Shown: positions 1-12,476 of the stretch, piece after piece
Layout: every line of letters begins with the position of its first letter
Numbering within the stretch: position 1 is the stretch's first letter
Translations under genes and position numbers: made by a program
Notes under the pieces: model-generated
What the model was told of the DNA's origin: nothing
Databases searched by the model: none
What the model saw: the letters and a program-made list of their open reading frames with translations, nothing else
From: Paramoeba atlantica
Lineage: Eukaryota; Protista; Discosea
Direction: 5' to 3'
Length of the DNA: 64,000 nt
Assembly (NCBI GenBank): GCA_977017575.1
Contig: CDRNVI010000207.1
Coordinates: 3,984 to 67,983, forward strand

Positions 1-803
1 GCTGCTTCCAATGGTTTTGAACAAATTGTGAAGATTCTTGTTGAACATGGATCCAATGTTGATCTTCAAACCGAAGTTTGATTTCTTTTTTTTTGATTTT
101 TGATTTTTCATTTCTCATTTGATTTGTTGTTAAATCTTGGATGCTCATGTTGTTCTGATGGTTTGTGATATTTATTTTGTTTTATTCTTTTAACCACTTC
201 TTTTTGTTAAGGCTGGAAAGACCGCTCTTCACTATGCTGCTTCCTCTGGTTCTAAAGAAATTGTGAAGATTCTTCTTAAACATGGAGCCAATGTTGATCT
301 TCAAAATTATGTTTTGATTTTCTTTCTTTTTCATTTGATTTCTCATGTTCATTCTTGTTCATGTTATGTGGTGGTTGTGATCTTTTGTTTTGTTTTTTCT
401 TTAACAACCTTTTTTTTGTTAAGATTGGAAAGACCGCTCTTCACAAGGCTGCTTCCAATGGTTTTGAAGAAATTGTAAAAATTCTTGTTGAGTATGGATC
501 CAACATTAATATCCAAACCACAGTTTTGATTTCTTTTTTGATTTTTTAAAGAAATATTTTTGTTCCCACTTTTTACTTGTTGGTTCTTTTTCAAACTTTC
601 TTTTCTTTTTGTTAGGGTGGGAAAACAGTCCTTGATGTTGCACAAAATCAGGACATTGTTGAATTGATCATCCAATTGAAGGTTTCATTTTTTTTTTGGT
701 TGAAGTTGACGATTAATCAAGTGTGGAAATGAATGTTTTTTCTCATATTTTTCTTTGATTGTAGGGACGAACGATAAAACCAGCTCGAACAAAAGGAAAA
801 TAA
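1..803 (+). CDS. Ankyrin-repeat protein, 3' part, multi-exon (exons 1-75, 212-310, 424-522, 616-681, 765-803)
   Basis: Spliced exons read AASNGFEQIVKILVEHGSNVDLQTE / AGKTALHYAASSGSKEIVKILLKHGANVDLQNY / IGKTALHKAASNGFEEIVKILVEYGSNINIQTT / GGKTVLDVAQNQDIVELIIQLK / GRTIKPARTKGK*. These match the ankyrin consensus (G.TALH.AA..G..EIV..LL..GA.V). All introns are GT..AG and phase 0. Confidence 0.92.
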
Positions 804-1018
804 AGTTTTGAGAGTTTGAGAAAAAAAATAGAATTAGGATGGGAGGGATAAGTTCACAACAAATGTAGAGACACAAAGAAGAAAATAAAGAATCAAAAAA
901 CAAATGACAAAAGGAGGTTTCTCATTTGTGGTTCCCAAATATTAATAATAAAAAGAAAAATAAAGTGTTCTGCTTCTCAAGAGAAGAAGACATTGTTGTT
1001 GTTGCGAGTTGGTTTGAA

Positions 1019-1456
1019 TCAATTTCTTTCTCTTTTTGCGGGTTTGAGAAAAACTCTCAAATTTTCTTTGAAAAATTGGTCAATTTGTGGGATCATCTCA
1101 GAATTCTCCGAAGAACCAAACCCCCAAACACATCCCCTTTCTTTCAATTTCAATCTTTCAATGATTTGATCTTTCATAAAATGATCAGAAGAATAAACCC
1201 AAACAAAAACAAACATTCCATCAATTCCTCCATCAATTTGAGAAACAGCTTCTTCAAAAGAGTTGATCGAATCTTCAAAGAGCTCTTCGGTCCGAAAAAT
1301 ATTCCTTGGATAGAAAAGAATTCCTTGGCTGTCGTGTTCCGAAATCTGATCTGAAGCAATAAAACTAATTTTTTCTGAATTCAATATTCCAACAATCATC
1401 ACAGAACCTCCAAGAACTAAAATGGTTGGCTTTGTTTCTTTTGAATCAGAAGCCAT
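1019..1456 (-). CDS. Small hypothetical protein (~145 aa)
   Basis: ORF MASDSKETKPTILVLGG... with globular-protein-like composition, divergent from the next gene across ~250 bp. No family recognised; introns possible. Confidence 0.5.
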   Translation of the reverse strand: MASDSKETKPTILVLGGSVMIVGILNSEKISFIASDQISEHDSQGILFYPRNIFRTEELFEDSINSFEEAVSQIDGGIDGMFVFVWVYSSDHFMKDQIIERLKLKERGCVWGFGSSENSEMIPQIDQFFKENLRVFLKPAKRERN

Positions 1457-1703
1457 CAATCATCAAAAGCAAACCTCTCTCTCGGAATTGGGTTTCACAA
1501 AAAAAACAGAAAAACAGGTGTCCTGTATGGTGTCCCCTTCCAATTACCAAAAACAGACATTGGTGTCCTATTTTTTGGGTGTCCCCTTCTTTTTTGTTTT
1601 TCTCTTTCCTCTTTTTCTCTTTCCCTCTCTTTCCTTTTGTCCTTGTTTTCTCCTCTTTTGCCGAACTTTTTTTTGGTTTGGAAGAGTGGGAGGGATTTAA
1701 ACC

Positions 1704-2909
1704 ATGTCATCAGAAGACTCACCAAAAATGAAGTTGTCAAACATTCACAGAGAGAAATTAATTTCCCTCTTGAAGAGAATGATGGACCAAGAACGAGCAA
1801 CGGTCGCAATCTCCCCATACCAACAACAAGAAGGATTTTGGTTTGGAGGTGGAAATGTCGTTGTTGAAGATGATTGTCTTTGGCTTGTTGGTCGTTTTCG
1901 AAACTTTGGTGACTCAAGAACAGGATTGAAAGCGGGTCTTCGTGGATTGGAGTGCGCTCTCTTTCGTTCTGATAATCAAGGCAAGTCATGGGAAAAAGTT
2001 CATAGTTGGACGAAAACTCAATTGTCACAATTTTCTGAATCAAAGATACTCTCTATTGAAGGGACTGATCTCCATCGATTAAAAGATGGGAATTGGGAGT
2101 TATTCATCTCATCTGAAAAAGAGGTGAAATATCCTGTAGACCTTGCTTCTTACCAAAAACCTGGAACAGGGATTTGGTCTCTTGACTCACTGAGAGCACC
2201 TTCTGTGTTAGAACTTCACCCTCGAACTTTGACTCCCCTTCATTTGAGAGGCCATCCTGATCTTCAAGGAGAAGCGGAAAATGAAGAGCGTGAAGCAGTC
2301 CATCTTCATCTGAAAGATCCAGTTTTGTTTGACATTGAATCAAAAAGTCACGTGACTGCTCTCTTCTTCTGTACTCACCCTTATTCTTGGACATCAAGTA
2401 ATACTGCAATGGCAATCCGAACAACCTTACCCACAAAACCCACTCCAACAAAAGAAGATTTTCGAGTGGATACATGGCAAGTGGTCGGGCGAGGAAGTGC
2501 ATGGGATGTGGCAGTGACTCGCATAACATGCAGAATTCCAATCCCGCATTTGGGAATTTTTGCTTCATTACCACCTTGTTCTGTTTATCTGTATGATGGA
2601 GCAGAGTGTGTTCGAGAACACCAACAAAGTCAAAAAGGACATCATCGTGCAAGGGGGTATTCTTGTGAAGAAATAGGAGGAGCTTTTTTTGGTTGGGATC
2701 ATGAATTTCCTTCCTTAACTCGTTTATCAGATCTCTCTCCTTTCTTTGAATCACATCAAGGAACTGGGTGTAGCCGATATGCGAGTGGAACTTTTCTCCC
2801 TTCAGGTTTCTTGATGACATGGCAACAGAGCCAAAATGACAAATCACAACCTTTAGTATCACATTTTCTCCCAATGGCAGAAATTGAAACAATACTTTCA
2901 AAAGACTGA
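1704..2909 (+). CDS. Intronless 401-aa sialidase-like/glycosidase-fold beta-propeller protein of bacterial type
   Basis: Uninterrupted ATG-TGA ORF. Asp-box-like motif FRSDNQGKSWE plus FWFGGGN, GRFRNFGDSRTG and LSIEG motifs, which I recall from bacterial proteins annotated as exo-alpha-sialidase-like. That recall is unverified. Confidence 0.7.
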   Translation: MSSEDSPKMKLSNIHREKLISLLKRMMDQERATVAISPYQQQEGFWFGGGNVVVEDDCLWLVGRFRNFGDSRTGLKAGLRGLECALFRSDNQGKSWEKVHSWTKTQLSQFSESKILSIEGTDLHRLKDGNWELFISSEKEVKYPVDLASYQKPGTGIWSLDSLRAPSVLELHPRTLTPLHLRGHPDLQGEAENEEREAVHLHLKDPVLFDIESKSHVTALFFCTHPYSWTSSNTAMAIRTTLPTKPTPTKEDFRVDTWQVVGRGSAWDVAVTRITCRIPIPHLGIFASLPPCSVYLYDGAECVREHQQSQKGHHRARGYSCEEIGGAFFGWDHEFPSLTRLSDLSPFFESHQGTGCSRYASGTFLPSGFLMTWQQSQNDKSQPLVSHFLPMAEIETILSKD

Positions 2910-2970
2910 AAAAAATTATTGTTCATGATGATTGGATTTTTATTTTTGTTTTGGTTTTTTTTGGGAATTG

Positions 2971-5199
2971 TTATTTAGGATTAATGAGGGAAAAAATAGC
3001 GCGAAGGCGAGTGGAAAAGTCAAGACCATAGATAAGTGAGACCAACCCAGTTCCAAATGTTAAACTGCCACTTTGGAGGGGATATTGCATAATTTTTGGG
3101 ATAGTTGTTCGAATAAATGATGTCTGTCCACTCATTTTAATTTTGTGTCATCAAAAAAGTTTTAAAATCAAAAGAAAAAAAGGTAAATAACCTGATCAAG
3201 AACAACTGATTTTTGCAAACACAGCGCTTGTAAGCCTTCTGGTCCTGCAAAACGGCCAAATCCTGAGTGTTTCACTCCTCCAAAAGGCAATGATTGAACA
3301 AGATAATCTGGAATTAAAAAAAAATTTAAATTTAAAAAAAGGGTTTCTTTTTGATTATATCTTCCTTCAAAAAAAAAAAAGCAAACTTGTTGCAAAGTCA
3401 TTGACACAAGTCATACCAGCTCGAATGCGTTGTCCTAATTGTTCACCTCTAGAATCACTTTTACAAAATACACACGACCCCAACCCAAAATCGGAGTCAT
3501 TTACGATACGGAGAGCCTCTTCAGCATCTTTTACACGAAAGATAGTCATCACAGGTCCAAACACCTCTTCTTTGGCAATCCTCATGTCTGGGGTAACATC
3601 CGCAAGAACTGTTGGGAGATAAAATAATCCATTTGGGAGAGTCTCATTTCTTTTTCCTCCTGCCAGAAGCTTTGCACCTCGTTCAACCGCATCATTGACT
3701 AATGATTGGATAATATCTAATTGTTGAGGAGTTACCATGGCACTGACGTCCACATTACCGCTGCCACCAGCGCCTTCACTGAGAGCGGGTCCTTGACGAA
3801 GTACTTTCACCTTCTCAGCCACTTTACGAACAAATTCATCATATAGGCGCTCATGTATAATAATTCTCTCGATTCCACAACAATTTTGGCCTGAATTTTG
3901 AAAAGTGCCTCTCATAGCAATTGGAATACACGCATCAACTTCAGCATCTTCTAGTATCACCATCGGGTCTTTTCCTCCAAGTTCCAAAACAACTGGTTTT
4001 AAGTGCTAGGGGGGCAGGGGTGAGAAAAGAAAAAGAAAAACTCTTCGAAGAATAAAAATGAAAAGAATTTAGACAGACAACAACCTTTGATGCCCCTTCC
4101 ATCACAAGTTTTCCAATTTGAGGAGAACCAGTGAAAAGAATTTTATCAATATCAGGACAGTCCACGAGAGCAGCTCCTGTTCCACCAAAACCAGTCACAA
4201 CCTGTGTGTTTAAACAACATTGGGAAAATCAGACATGTCTCCCCTTTCAAAAAAAATAAAAAAAATGGCTCTTTCTTTTCGCAAAAAAAAAATATACCTG
4301 AACAAGGGAAGGATCATGTCCTTCTACACGAAGAGCTTCATGGACAATTCGGAGGAAGTAAGATGAACTCCAACTCGTATATTCACTCACTTTGACAACC
4401 ACTCCATTTCCAGCAAAGATTCCTGAAATGATGTGGTTATACCTAAAAATAACTATGAATAAGGGAACATTTTTTTGTCATTCAAAAAGAAGAGGGGGAG
4501 GTGCAAACAAGTTATGAAAGGGATAATTCCAAGGAGCGATGACCCCAATTACACCGAGCGGATGATATTCCACAAAAGCTTTCTTGTGAATTGTCATCAG
4601 ACTTGTTGGTCTTTCCTGTCTCTGGAGAGCCTCTTCTCCGTGTTTGACAACATAGGAGATTTTTTCACTATTTTTTGGGGGGATTAGCCTTTCATCTCAA
4701 ACAAAAAGAGGTCAAGTTGGTGGTGGTCAAACCAAGTGGTGATAATTTCTCCAAGTAAAGCATCAACAAGAGGTTTTCCAGAATCACGAGAGTCGACACG
4801 ACAAATTTCTTTTTGGTGTTGGAGGATATACTTTTGAAGAATGAGAAGGACTTGACGACGCTGTTCAAAAGAAGTCGTGGCCCAAGTTTTTTGAGCCACT
4901 TTGGCTTCTGCTGCGATCCGATACACTTCCTCTCGATCCATTGCCTTGACCACTCCGAGAGAACAACCAGTTGCAGGGTCATAACAATGGACCACGTTTG
5001 GATCCTCCTCTTTATGAATGGCCATCGAATCTGATCTTTCTTTTGACACATGGACCTCTTCAGAAGCTTCAAGGTCGTTCAACGGAACCTGGATTGTTGG
5101 GACTGTTTTCTTCCTTAAAATGGAAACTGTAAAAGCAATCACCAGAAATGTGACAGCAATCCCAATGGACATACCCATTGAAAGAAAAATTTCCACCAT
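2971..5199 (-). CDS. ALDH22A1-like: Aldehyde dehydrogenase with N-terminal membrane anchor, ALDH22A1/MSC7-type; multi-exon
   Basis: Motifs [32 protein letters not shown] (catalytic Glu), [10 protein letters not shown] (catalytic Cys), EEVFGPV and [19 protein letters not shown]. The N-terminal hydrophobic helix, CYDPAT and the C-terminal IPKIMQYP...LIYG tail are typical of ALDH22/MSC7. ATG at 5199, TAA at 2971-2973. Confidence 0.9.
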
Positions 5200-5359
5200 C
5201 TTGAATGCCCCAAAACCAACAGGGAGAAGAAGAAGAAGGAAGGGGTGTCGAACCAAAACGGAAAAAGGAGGGTTCGACAAAAAACGCGTGGTGAAAAATC
5301 AAGAGCTCTAATTTTAGAGCGCGACTCCCAAAACTCTTTTCTTGCTTTTCGAGAAATTT

Positions 5360-7321
5360 TTATTTTGGTTGGAAGGGGGCTGTTGCTTGGCTGTGGATTC
5401 TTGAATTGAGTTCTGATAAGTGGGCCATGAACTCCTTTGCTCTTTCATTTTGACCCAATTCTCGGAGCGCATTGACCATCAAAGAGTAGCACCTCATTAA
5501 ACCAACGTGATCCTGAATTTTGTGATTGTAATCGATTGCCTCTTGTAAAAGTTCGGTCGCTCTTTGAGGCTCTGAGGAAATTTTTAAGGCACCAAGATCA
5601 CAAAGAGCCGACTTATAGATTTCTAGATCTCGATCTTGGCTCAATTCAAGAGCTTTCTGAAAATGACTTTCAGCATCTGACTCATTTCCAAGATCAAAAT
5701 TGAGTTTTCCGAGATATAAGCGCCCCATTCCTTCGAGCTCGGTCATTTGAGTAATTTCTGCCTTCTTTGTGAAAAAATCATGAGCTAGTTGAAGATGGGC
5801 ACTTGCAATATCGAAATTCTTCAAAATTCGGTGGAGATTCCCAACAAAGAGGAGGCACTTTGTTTGGAGAACAACCAATTCAAATTTTCGAGAAATCTTT
5901 TTTGTATGTGTCAGGGTGAGAACAATGATGGGATCCAAAAAAAGAACAAAAAAAGTCTCTTAACTGCTAATCCTTCTTGGTAATGGCGTAAGGCTTCGTC
6001 TTTAAGATTTAAGAATTCTTTGATCTGACCCATTTTACAATGCGATTCAATTTGACAAGAAGCGAGTTGACATTTGATCACAAAATCCAACGCCTTCTGA
6101 TGTTGTTCAATCGCAGTTTCAAACTGATCTGTATGGTTTTTTTTTGTTGAGAGAGAGATAAAAATCAAATTTGAGAAAAAAGAGATAAACTTAATTTGAC
6201 TGAACAGTCAGCAACGAGAGTCATTCCTTCCCAGCAGGGTCGATTTTGGAAGAATCTTTTGCTTTCTGCAGCATACTTCTCAAACTCGCTTTTGGCGCTC
6301 TTGTATCGTTTTCTTTTCATCACCTAAAAAAATTATAGATTAAAATCTTTTTTCATTTCTTTCTATTTTCTTTTCTTTCTTCTCAGCATCGTCATACCAC
6401 ATCCCCAAGAACACGAAGAGTGTGCAAGTATTCCTCCAAATAATTTTGGCCAGTGACAACGTTTTTGTAGTGCTGAGCTGCTACTCTTAAATGCTCTTCA
6501 GCCTATTCGAAAAAAAAGGGGTTTTAAGAGATAAAAATTCCTCCAATTGCAAGAACAAAGAAAAAGAAACTTGGTCAAAATCACCAATACTCCCAAGAAT
6601 AATTCCGTATTGTGAATTGATTTTTCCAGAGAGCCCGTGATCGACTGGCTCAACCTGGTCTGCCAATTGTAAACATGAGATAAACACTCTCTTTGCTTCC
6701 GGAATATTATTCTCTGCTGCGTATCTCTATTATGACAGGGGAGCATAATTTTGTGTCAATAACCATCCTGGAACAAAAAAAAAAGAGAAGAAGGAGGAAT
6801 TCAAACCCTTCCTTGAATTTGAAGCTCATAAGCCTTCGTCAATTGCTCAAAGGTTTTTTTTCTCTGTTTTTCTATTTCTTGTTTCTCAACCTCAGACTGC
6901 TTTTGCGTGTGTTTTGCTTTTTTTTCTTTCATCCTACAGGAAAAAAAAAAACTCAATGCCTGCAACCAAAAAATTATGAAAAAAAAGAAAAAAAACCAAA
7001 AATCCTTTACCTCAACATGAATTTCGCTTCATCTTCTTTCAATCCACCTTTTTGGCAAACCAACATAATAAGTGGACCAACAACCATTTGGTGCTCAGTA
7101 TCACCAAGACTTTCATAAATATCGAAAGCTTTGGAGAGACATTTCAAGGAACCCTGATAATTCTGTGATTGAAAATGAAGCCGCCCTTCTTCACAAAGCT
7201 CTTTTGCTCGATCATTTTCAGGTGAAGTTGCAGAAGAAAGAAAGCGATTAATTGACCCAACCCTTGATTGGGAAGCGAAAACTCTTGCTGATCGGGAGAC
7301 TAAACAAGGGAGACGGGACAT
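5360..7321 (-). CDS. Tetratricopeptide-repeat protein, multi-exon, with possible mitochondrial presequence
   Basis: TPR-like helices across exons (LCEEGRLHFQSQNYQGSLKCLSKAFDIY; AIEQHQKALDF; YLGKLNFDLGNESDAESHFQKALEL). The N-terminus MSRLPCLVSRSARVFASQSRVGSINRFLSS is R/S-rich and acid-free. Confidence 0.8.
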
Positions 7322-7609
7322 GGCCTGAGGAATTCCGTTTCCGTTTCTCTCGAAAAAAAATAGGGAACAAAACCACTCCAACCCTAATTTGGTGTTCTTT
7401 TGGTTCTCCTCTTTTGGTTTTTGGGTTTCCTTGGAGGCAACAAACGGAGATGCTGCAGGAGCAGCAGTTTCTTTTCTTTTCAAAGATGTGTTCCCCATCA
7501 TGTCCAAGAAACAACAAAAAAGAAACAAAACAAAACAAGGTCATTTTTTTCCCAAAGAAGAGGGTTGAGAATCTGTCATCTTCACCGCAGAGTCTGCCGC
7601 TCAGGTGAC

Positions 7610-8090
7610 TCAACCTCCTGCTTGATTGGTGCTGGTCAATCCCTGTGCGAGAAGAAGACCGAGAAAACAGCAGTATGAACTTTGGGAGTTTCTTTTGACG
7701 CCTTTTGACTTGTGCAATGCCCACCACCAATAACAGTTTATTGAAACAGCCTTGAACAGCCTGCTTTGGCAATGTTGCTTTGCTTATTGATGGATCTTGT
7801 ACTTTTATACAAGAATTTAAGTCACATCTTTGGCTCAGCGGTTTATATCTGTCTCTTGACCCTCACGACCCACCTACAGAAAGCAAAAAGGTAAGATAAG
7901 TCAAATTTGTTCTCTCAAGAAGCTCTGATGAAGCAAAACTTCTCAAAAGACATTTTGATGAGTGATACTTGGATGCCTCATCTGATTTTTCTAAGACTTT
8001 CTGTATTCATGTTGGCATGAGTCAACATGAGTTGGGTGTGGTCCTCTGGACATTGAAGAACTTTAAACATAAACTCTGTGAGTGTGACCC
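7610..8090 (+). pseudogene. Degenerate Ty3/gypsy RT-RNase H fragment
   Basis: Frameshifted translation WSIPVREEDRE..YELWEFLLTPFDLCNA..QFIETALNSLLWQCCFAY parallels the RT at 47.3-47.6 kb. DFSKTFCIHV..ELGVVLWTLKNFKHKL is RNase H-like. Confidence 0.6.
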
Positions 8091-10340
8091 AATTATCTTT
8101 TGTGATTGTGACCCAATTGTCTTTTGTGATTGTGAGGCTTTAAAGACATTGTTTTTGTGTGGATCACAAAAAGTATGCCCTGTGACTGGGTTGCTTGAAG
8201 AAATCTTTGTTGAACAATGAGGAAAGAGAACAAGGTTGAGGTTGTTGGCCAACAACCTCTGCTTGCTTTGTATTGAGGAGTAAATATGAAAGTGACTTGA
8301 TCTAGCTGGTGTTGGAGGGATCTTAGTGGTAATGGGAGATCCTGTTGAGTTGAAGCCACTTTCTCAACATCTTTGTTGGTGTTGCAAGCACCCAGATGTG
8401 TACAACTTGTTGAAAAACATGCTTTGTTTTATTTTTGAGATTATGTCAAATTCAAATTCCTCTGGAGGAGCTCTGGAAATTGGTGGAAATGGAAATATAT
8501 TGAATAGTTGGTGTGATGTTTTGGGAGGTGAGGAAGAGAAGGAGTGTTGGATTGAATATTTTGATAGAAAGTGTTTGAGATGTCATGAACACACTCATCA
8601 ATTCAGTGATTTTGGAGGGGAGCTTTTTGAAAGTTGAAGAGAAAAGGGGAGAGAATTTCTCTCAAGAGAACAGCCCAATACTTTCTAATGATTTGGTTGA
8701 TAGTATTGGTCACAGAAATAGATTTGAGCTGGGGGGGTAGGGGGGTGTTGTCAAAGAACAAATGGTTCACTGCATTCTTGAATAAAGGAGTTGAGTCTTC
8801 TATGGAATAGTATGGAGATAAAGACAAGAACAGAGAACAAGAACAAAGAACAAAGAAAGAACAAGCTTGGTTCAATGTCTTTTATCAAATGTGTTCCAAA
8901 AGCCAAAAAGAACAAAAGAAAGTTTACATTACAGAATTTTTATATAGAGCTTATGTGTCAGCTTTTGCACAGGAGCTCTGTGCTCCTTGTGGATTGCAAC
9001 AAAACAACAAAGTTGATTTTAGTGCTTCAAATTTAGCATGCTTGTCCAAGTTGCACTTTTGCCATAACCAACACACATTGATTCCTCTTCTTGGAAATTT
9101 CATATTTGTGAAACACCTTTTCCCTTTCCTTTTCACAATTTCCTTTTCAATTTCCTTTCCAATTTCCTTTCTGATTTCCTTTTCCCAAATTGTTCTCCCA
9201 ATTCCTTTTCCCCAACAAACATGCTTCCAAACCAAAGAGAATAAAACACAAACCAAGAGCAGATAACAACAATCACCCTTGTGCACCTGACAACACTGCA
9301 ATTCAAACTCATATGCTCCCACCCACCACATTACAGAATTTTTGTATGGTCTGATGTGCCAAAAGATGATTGATTCTTTTCAAATATAAAACTTCAAAGT
9401 CCTTTTGTTTTCTAATAAAGAAAATACAAACTGATGTTCCATAAAACTTTTAGACTTCAAAAAGGTGTAGTACAGTTAGAAAATTTAGAGAAAAATGACT
9501 TTTCACAAACTTTTTGACTTACCAAAAAGATTTTGCAGATGATCTTTTTACCTCTCTTTCACCACAGTTTTTTCAAACAAATAGTTCTTCTCACTGATCA
9601 CCAATGAAAAGCTGACACATAAGCTCTATATAAAAATTCCATAATGACTCCCACCAACCATAACCACCACTTCCATAAAACTGCTGCTCTTAGAAACCCA
9701 CCACCACCCCATCACCAAACCCTTTGTCTATTATTGTTGATTTTTGTCACCAGTCTGCAATGCTTATCATCTCCTGAAAGCTTACTTTTTTTTCTTTCTT
9801 TCTTTTTTTTATCCTAATCTGAATTCTTTTATTTTCACACTTTTTGGCATAAATTTCTTCTTTTTTAGAGATTTAAGTTTTACAAACCTTGATCCTATCA
9901 AATAATTCTGGTTTCACACCAATGGACTTTTACAGTCACTAATCAATGCTCTCCTCAGCTGAGAAAGTTGTACACATGCAAACAAATTGAAACACTGCTT
10001 TCCATCTTGAGATGTTCAAAACATTCAAAAAAAAAAAAAGACAAATCACAACAGTGATTACCACTTACTCTGAATAAAACCAGTTGGATTCCTCAACCCA
10101 ACATTCTGCTTGAACAACAAACCATTGCAACAACTCAATTCATATTCATGGGCAATGAAATGTGTCAGGTTGTGAGAGTGTTTCAACTCTTGAAGATGCT
10201 TCTTGATTTGGTGTTGTTTTGTTGTTTCCTCTGTGTTTTCCCAATTAGGGAGTGTTTTGTTTTGCCCAAATTTGTGTTTTGTCATGAATTTGGTTTGTAT
10301 TGCTTTTGTTGTGCTTTGAGCAGAAGTTGTAGAAAAATAA

Positions 10341-10760
10341 GGGTTGGTGCCTGTAGTTTAGTCATAAATTCAACTATGTCCAACCTTGGGGGGGCAAGTT
10401 CAAATCCCAGTTTTTCAATATTTTAGGAAATTTTTCTGGTGCTGTAAAGTGATTTGATTGGAGTGAGGAGCTTTTGAAGAAGTGTGAAAATTGGAACAGG
10501 TTACATCTCAGCCCTATCTGCTAAAAAGTTGAGGATAAATTCCTTTGGAAGGAGCTTTGGATTATTCTCCCTTCTGATGTGCATTCTCCAGCCTGAACTT
10601 GCAGAAGTTCTAAAGTTCAGCATAAAGACTGACTGAACTAAGCTGAAGTTTAAAACTTCACCTCTTGTTAGAGGTTAAAAACAAACATAATTTAATGTAA
10701 TTCAAATGGCTTAAATTAAGAACTACTAATTGAATAAAGTCTGCCTCAAAAAGAAAAAAA
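10341..10760 (+). mobile_element. SINE family A copy 1 (tRNA-like head, poly-A tail)
   Basis: A-box-like TGTAGTTTAGTC, B-box-like AGTTCAAATCCC, AATAAA and an A tail. Flanked by the duplication AGAAGTTGTAGAAAA. Confidence 0.88.
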
Positions 10761-11947
10761 GAAGTTGTAGAAAACATAGTAAATTTAAGAAATTTAAACT
10801 GATCTGTTTCTTTGTTCTGTTTGTATTATTAGTAGAGATGCACCACTCTGTACTTTTTTTCAGAAGTTCACTCCACTTCTGTGTTTTGGTTCTTTTTCCA
10901 TTTATTTTCAGTTGTACATTAGCCACAAGTGATGATATTTCTACATTGCCCTATCTTCAAGAGGGAACATTTTGGTTGGGTCTTCTTGCAAGGATGTGAG
11001 AAGATGTGAGGGAGAGAAACTTTAATTATATTCTTCCCTGGGTAATGTTCTTCCTATTATTCTCCTTGAATGTGTGATATGGGATTTTTTGTTTTTGGAA
11101 GAGAACAGAAGATAGTCATTGTCAAATGAATTTTCTACCTAATGTGAGCATTGGGAGACCTCATTTAGAAAATAGTGGTGTAGGTAGGCCATGGCAGACA
11201 AGCAGTCTGACAGCTCTATATGATGGAGATGTGGTTGTATGACCAGTTTCTGCTTGGAACACAGACAGGGAGAGGAGTCATCTTCAGGCTGATGAGCAAG
11301 AAGTATCCAATTCCCAGGATGCAGCATTGAGAAGAACTCTGTCTCAGATGACACAGGAGATGGAGGATCATAGTTGAACTTTTAAGACCATGAAGGGTCT
11401 TTTGAAGTTAAATACACCATGTGATGATGTTGAAAAACTTTTGTTTTTTCAGAGTGATTTCTACTGGAAAATGAGAAATAATGTTGAAGACAGGAGTCTT
11501 TGGCATTGTTACTTGTTTGAAGCAATTTCTGGAGATTCAAAGTTAAGTCTTCAGAGAATGGATTACTCTACTATGGGTGTTTCAAATATTATTACATTTT
11601 TGTTTCAAGATAATCTTGGTGCTGAGTGGCAAAAAAAAATTTGTGTAGCTGCAAGGAACATGAAACAAAAGCCTTCTGAGAGGATCAAGCCATTTATGAA
11701 TTGGCTTGAGATGTATTTAGAGGTATTGAATATAGAACTTGATTTGGCTGATGTGAAAAGTATTCTGTATCATGCTCTGCTTCTAAAATATTGTGATGTT
11801 TTTGAAAGTAAGTTTGAAAATTTTAATCTTAATGAAACACCTTGGTGTTCTCTAGAAGAATATGGTTTTTAGGCAAAATTGTTTCACAGTTTTGCAAATG
11901 TGGGTTCTGGTTCTGAGAGCTTGAGGAAGTGTTATTATTGTGGAAAA

Positions 11948-12476
11948 TGTTAGAATATCAGTATTCTTGGTTTGAAGAATGTTTGACTTAATGGAGAACA
12001 TCATTTGTGAATTCTATGATCACAAGTTGTGCTATCCTGAAGCGCCTCATCTTCCTCTTTCGGATGGTGCTAGTTCCATCTGAATCTGACAACTACACAC
12101 CGAGATATTAATCAATCATTGAATTGTGCCTTCAAGAATACCTTTGCCCTATTTCAGACCCAATTTGATTGCATAGTGTATTCTCCATATTCTGATCTTT
12201 CAGCCCGTGAATTTATTTGTGCTGACATCATCTGTTGTTCCCTTCCTTAAACTTGTTGTGTCTTTGTGTCTCTTACATGTGCTTTTATTTGTGTGTGTTT
12301 CTTTGCTTTTGCACTTGGTGTCACATTGACAAAATGTGTGCTTGAAATCTGTTCGTAAATAAACGCGTGAGAGACTTTGTTTTTTTTCACATTCCCAGCT
12401 CTCGCCATGGAATGAAGTTTGCACCTTTCTTTTCTTTTCTCAGCAATCTTCTTCCACCAAACCCCACCACTTGACA
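11948..12476 (+). mobile_element. Solo LTR (529 bp) of the copia-1 family
   Basis: Ends TGTTAG...CTTGACA, with a 5-bp TSD GAAAA (11943-11947 / 12477-12481). It is the reverse complement of the LTR at 16720-17244. Confidence 0.92.

Noticed and set aside
2104-2901. 265-aa minus-strand ORF
   Set aside because: Antisense shadow of the 1704-2909 gene; no ATG-anchored protein-like features.
7400-7690. Possible small gene on the minus strand upstream of the TPR gene
   Set aside because: No coherent frame; the plus strand from ~7610 is better explained as a gypsy RT relic.
8077-8140. 21-bp tandem repeat (TGTGACCCAATT.TCTTTTGTGAT, ~2.5 copies)
   Set aside because: Ordinary local slippage, with no spacers; not CRISPR-like.
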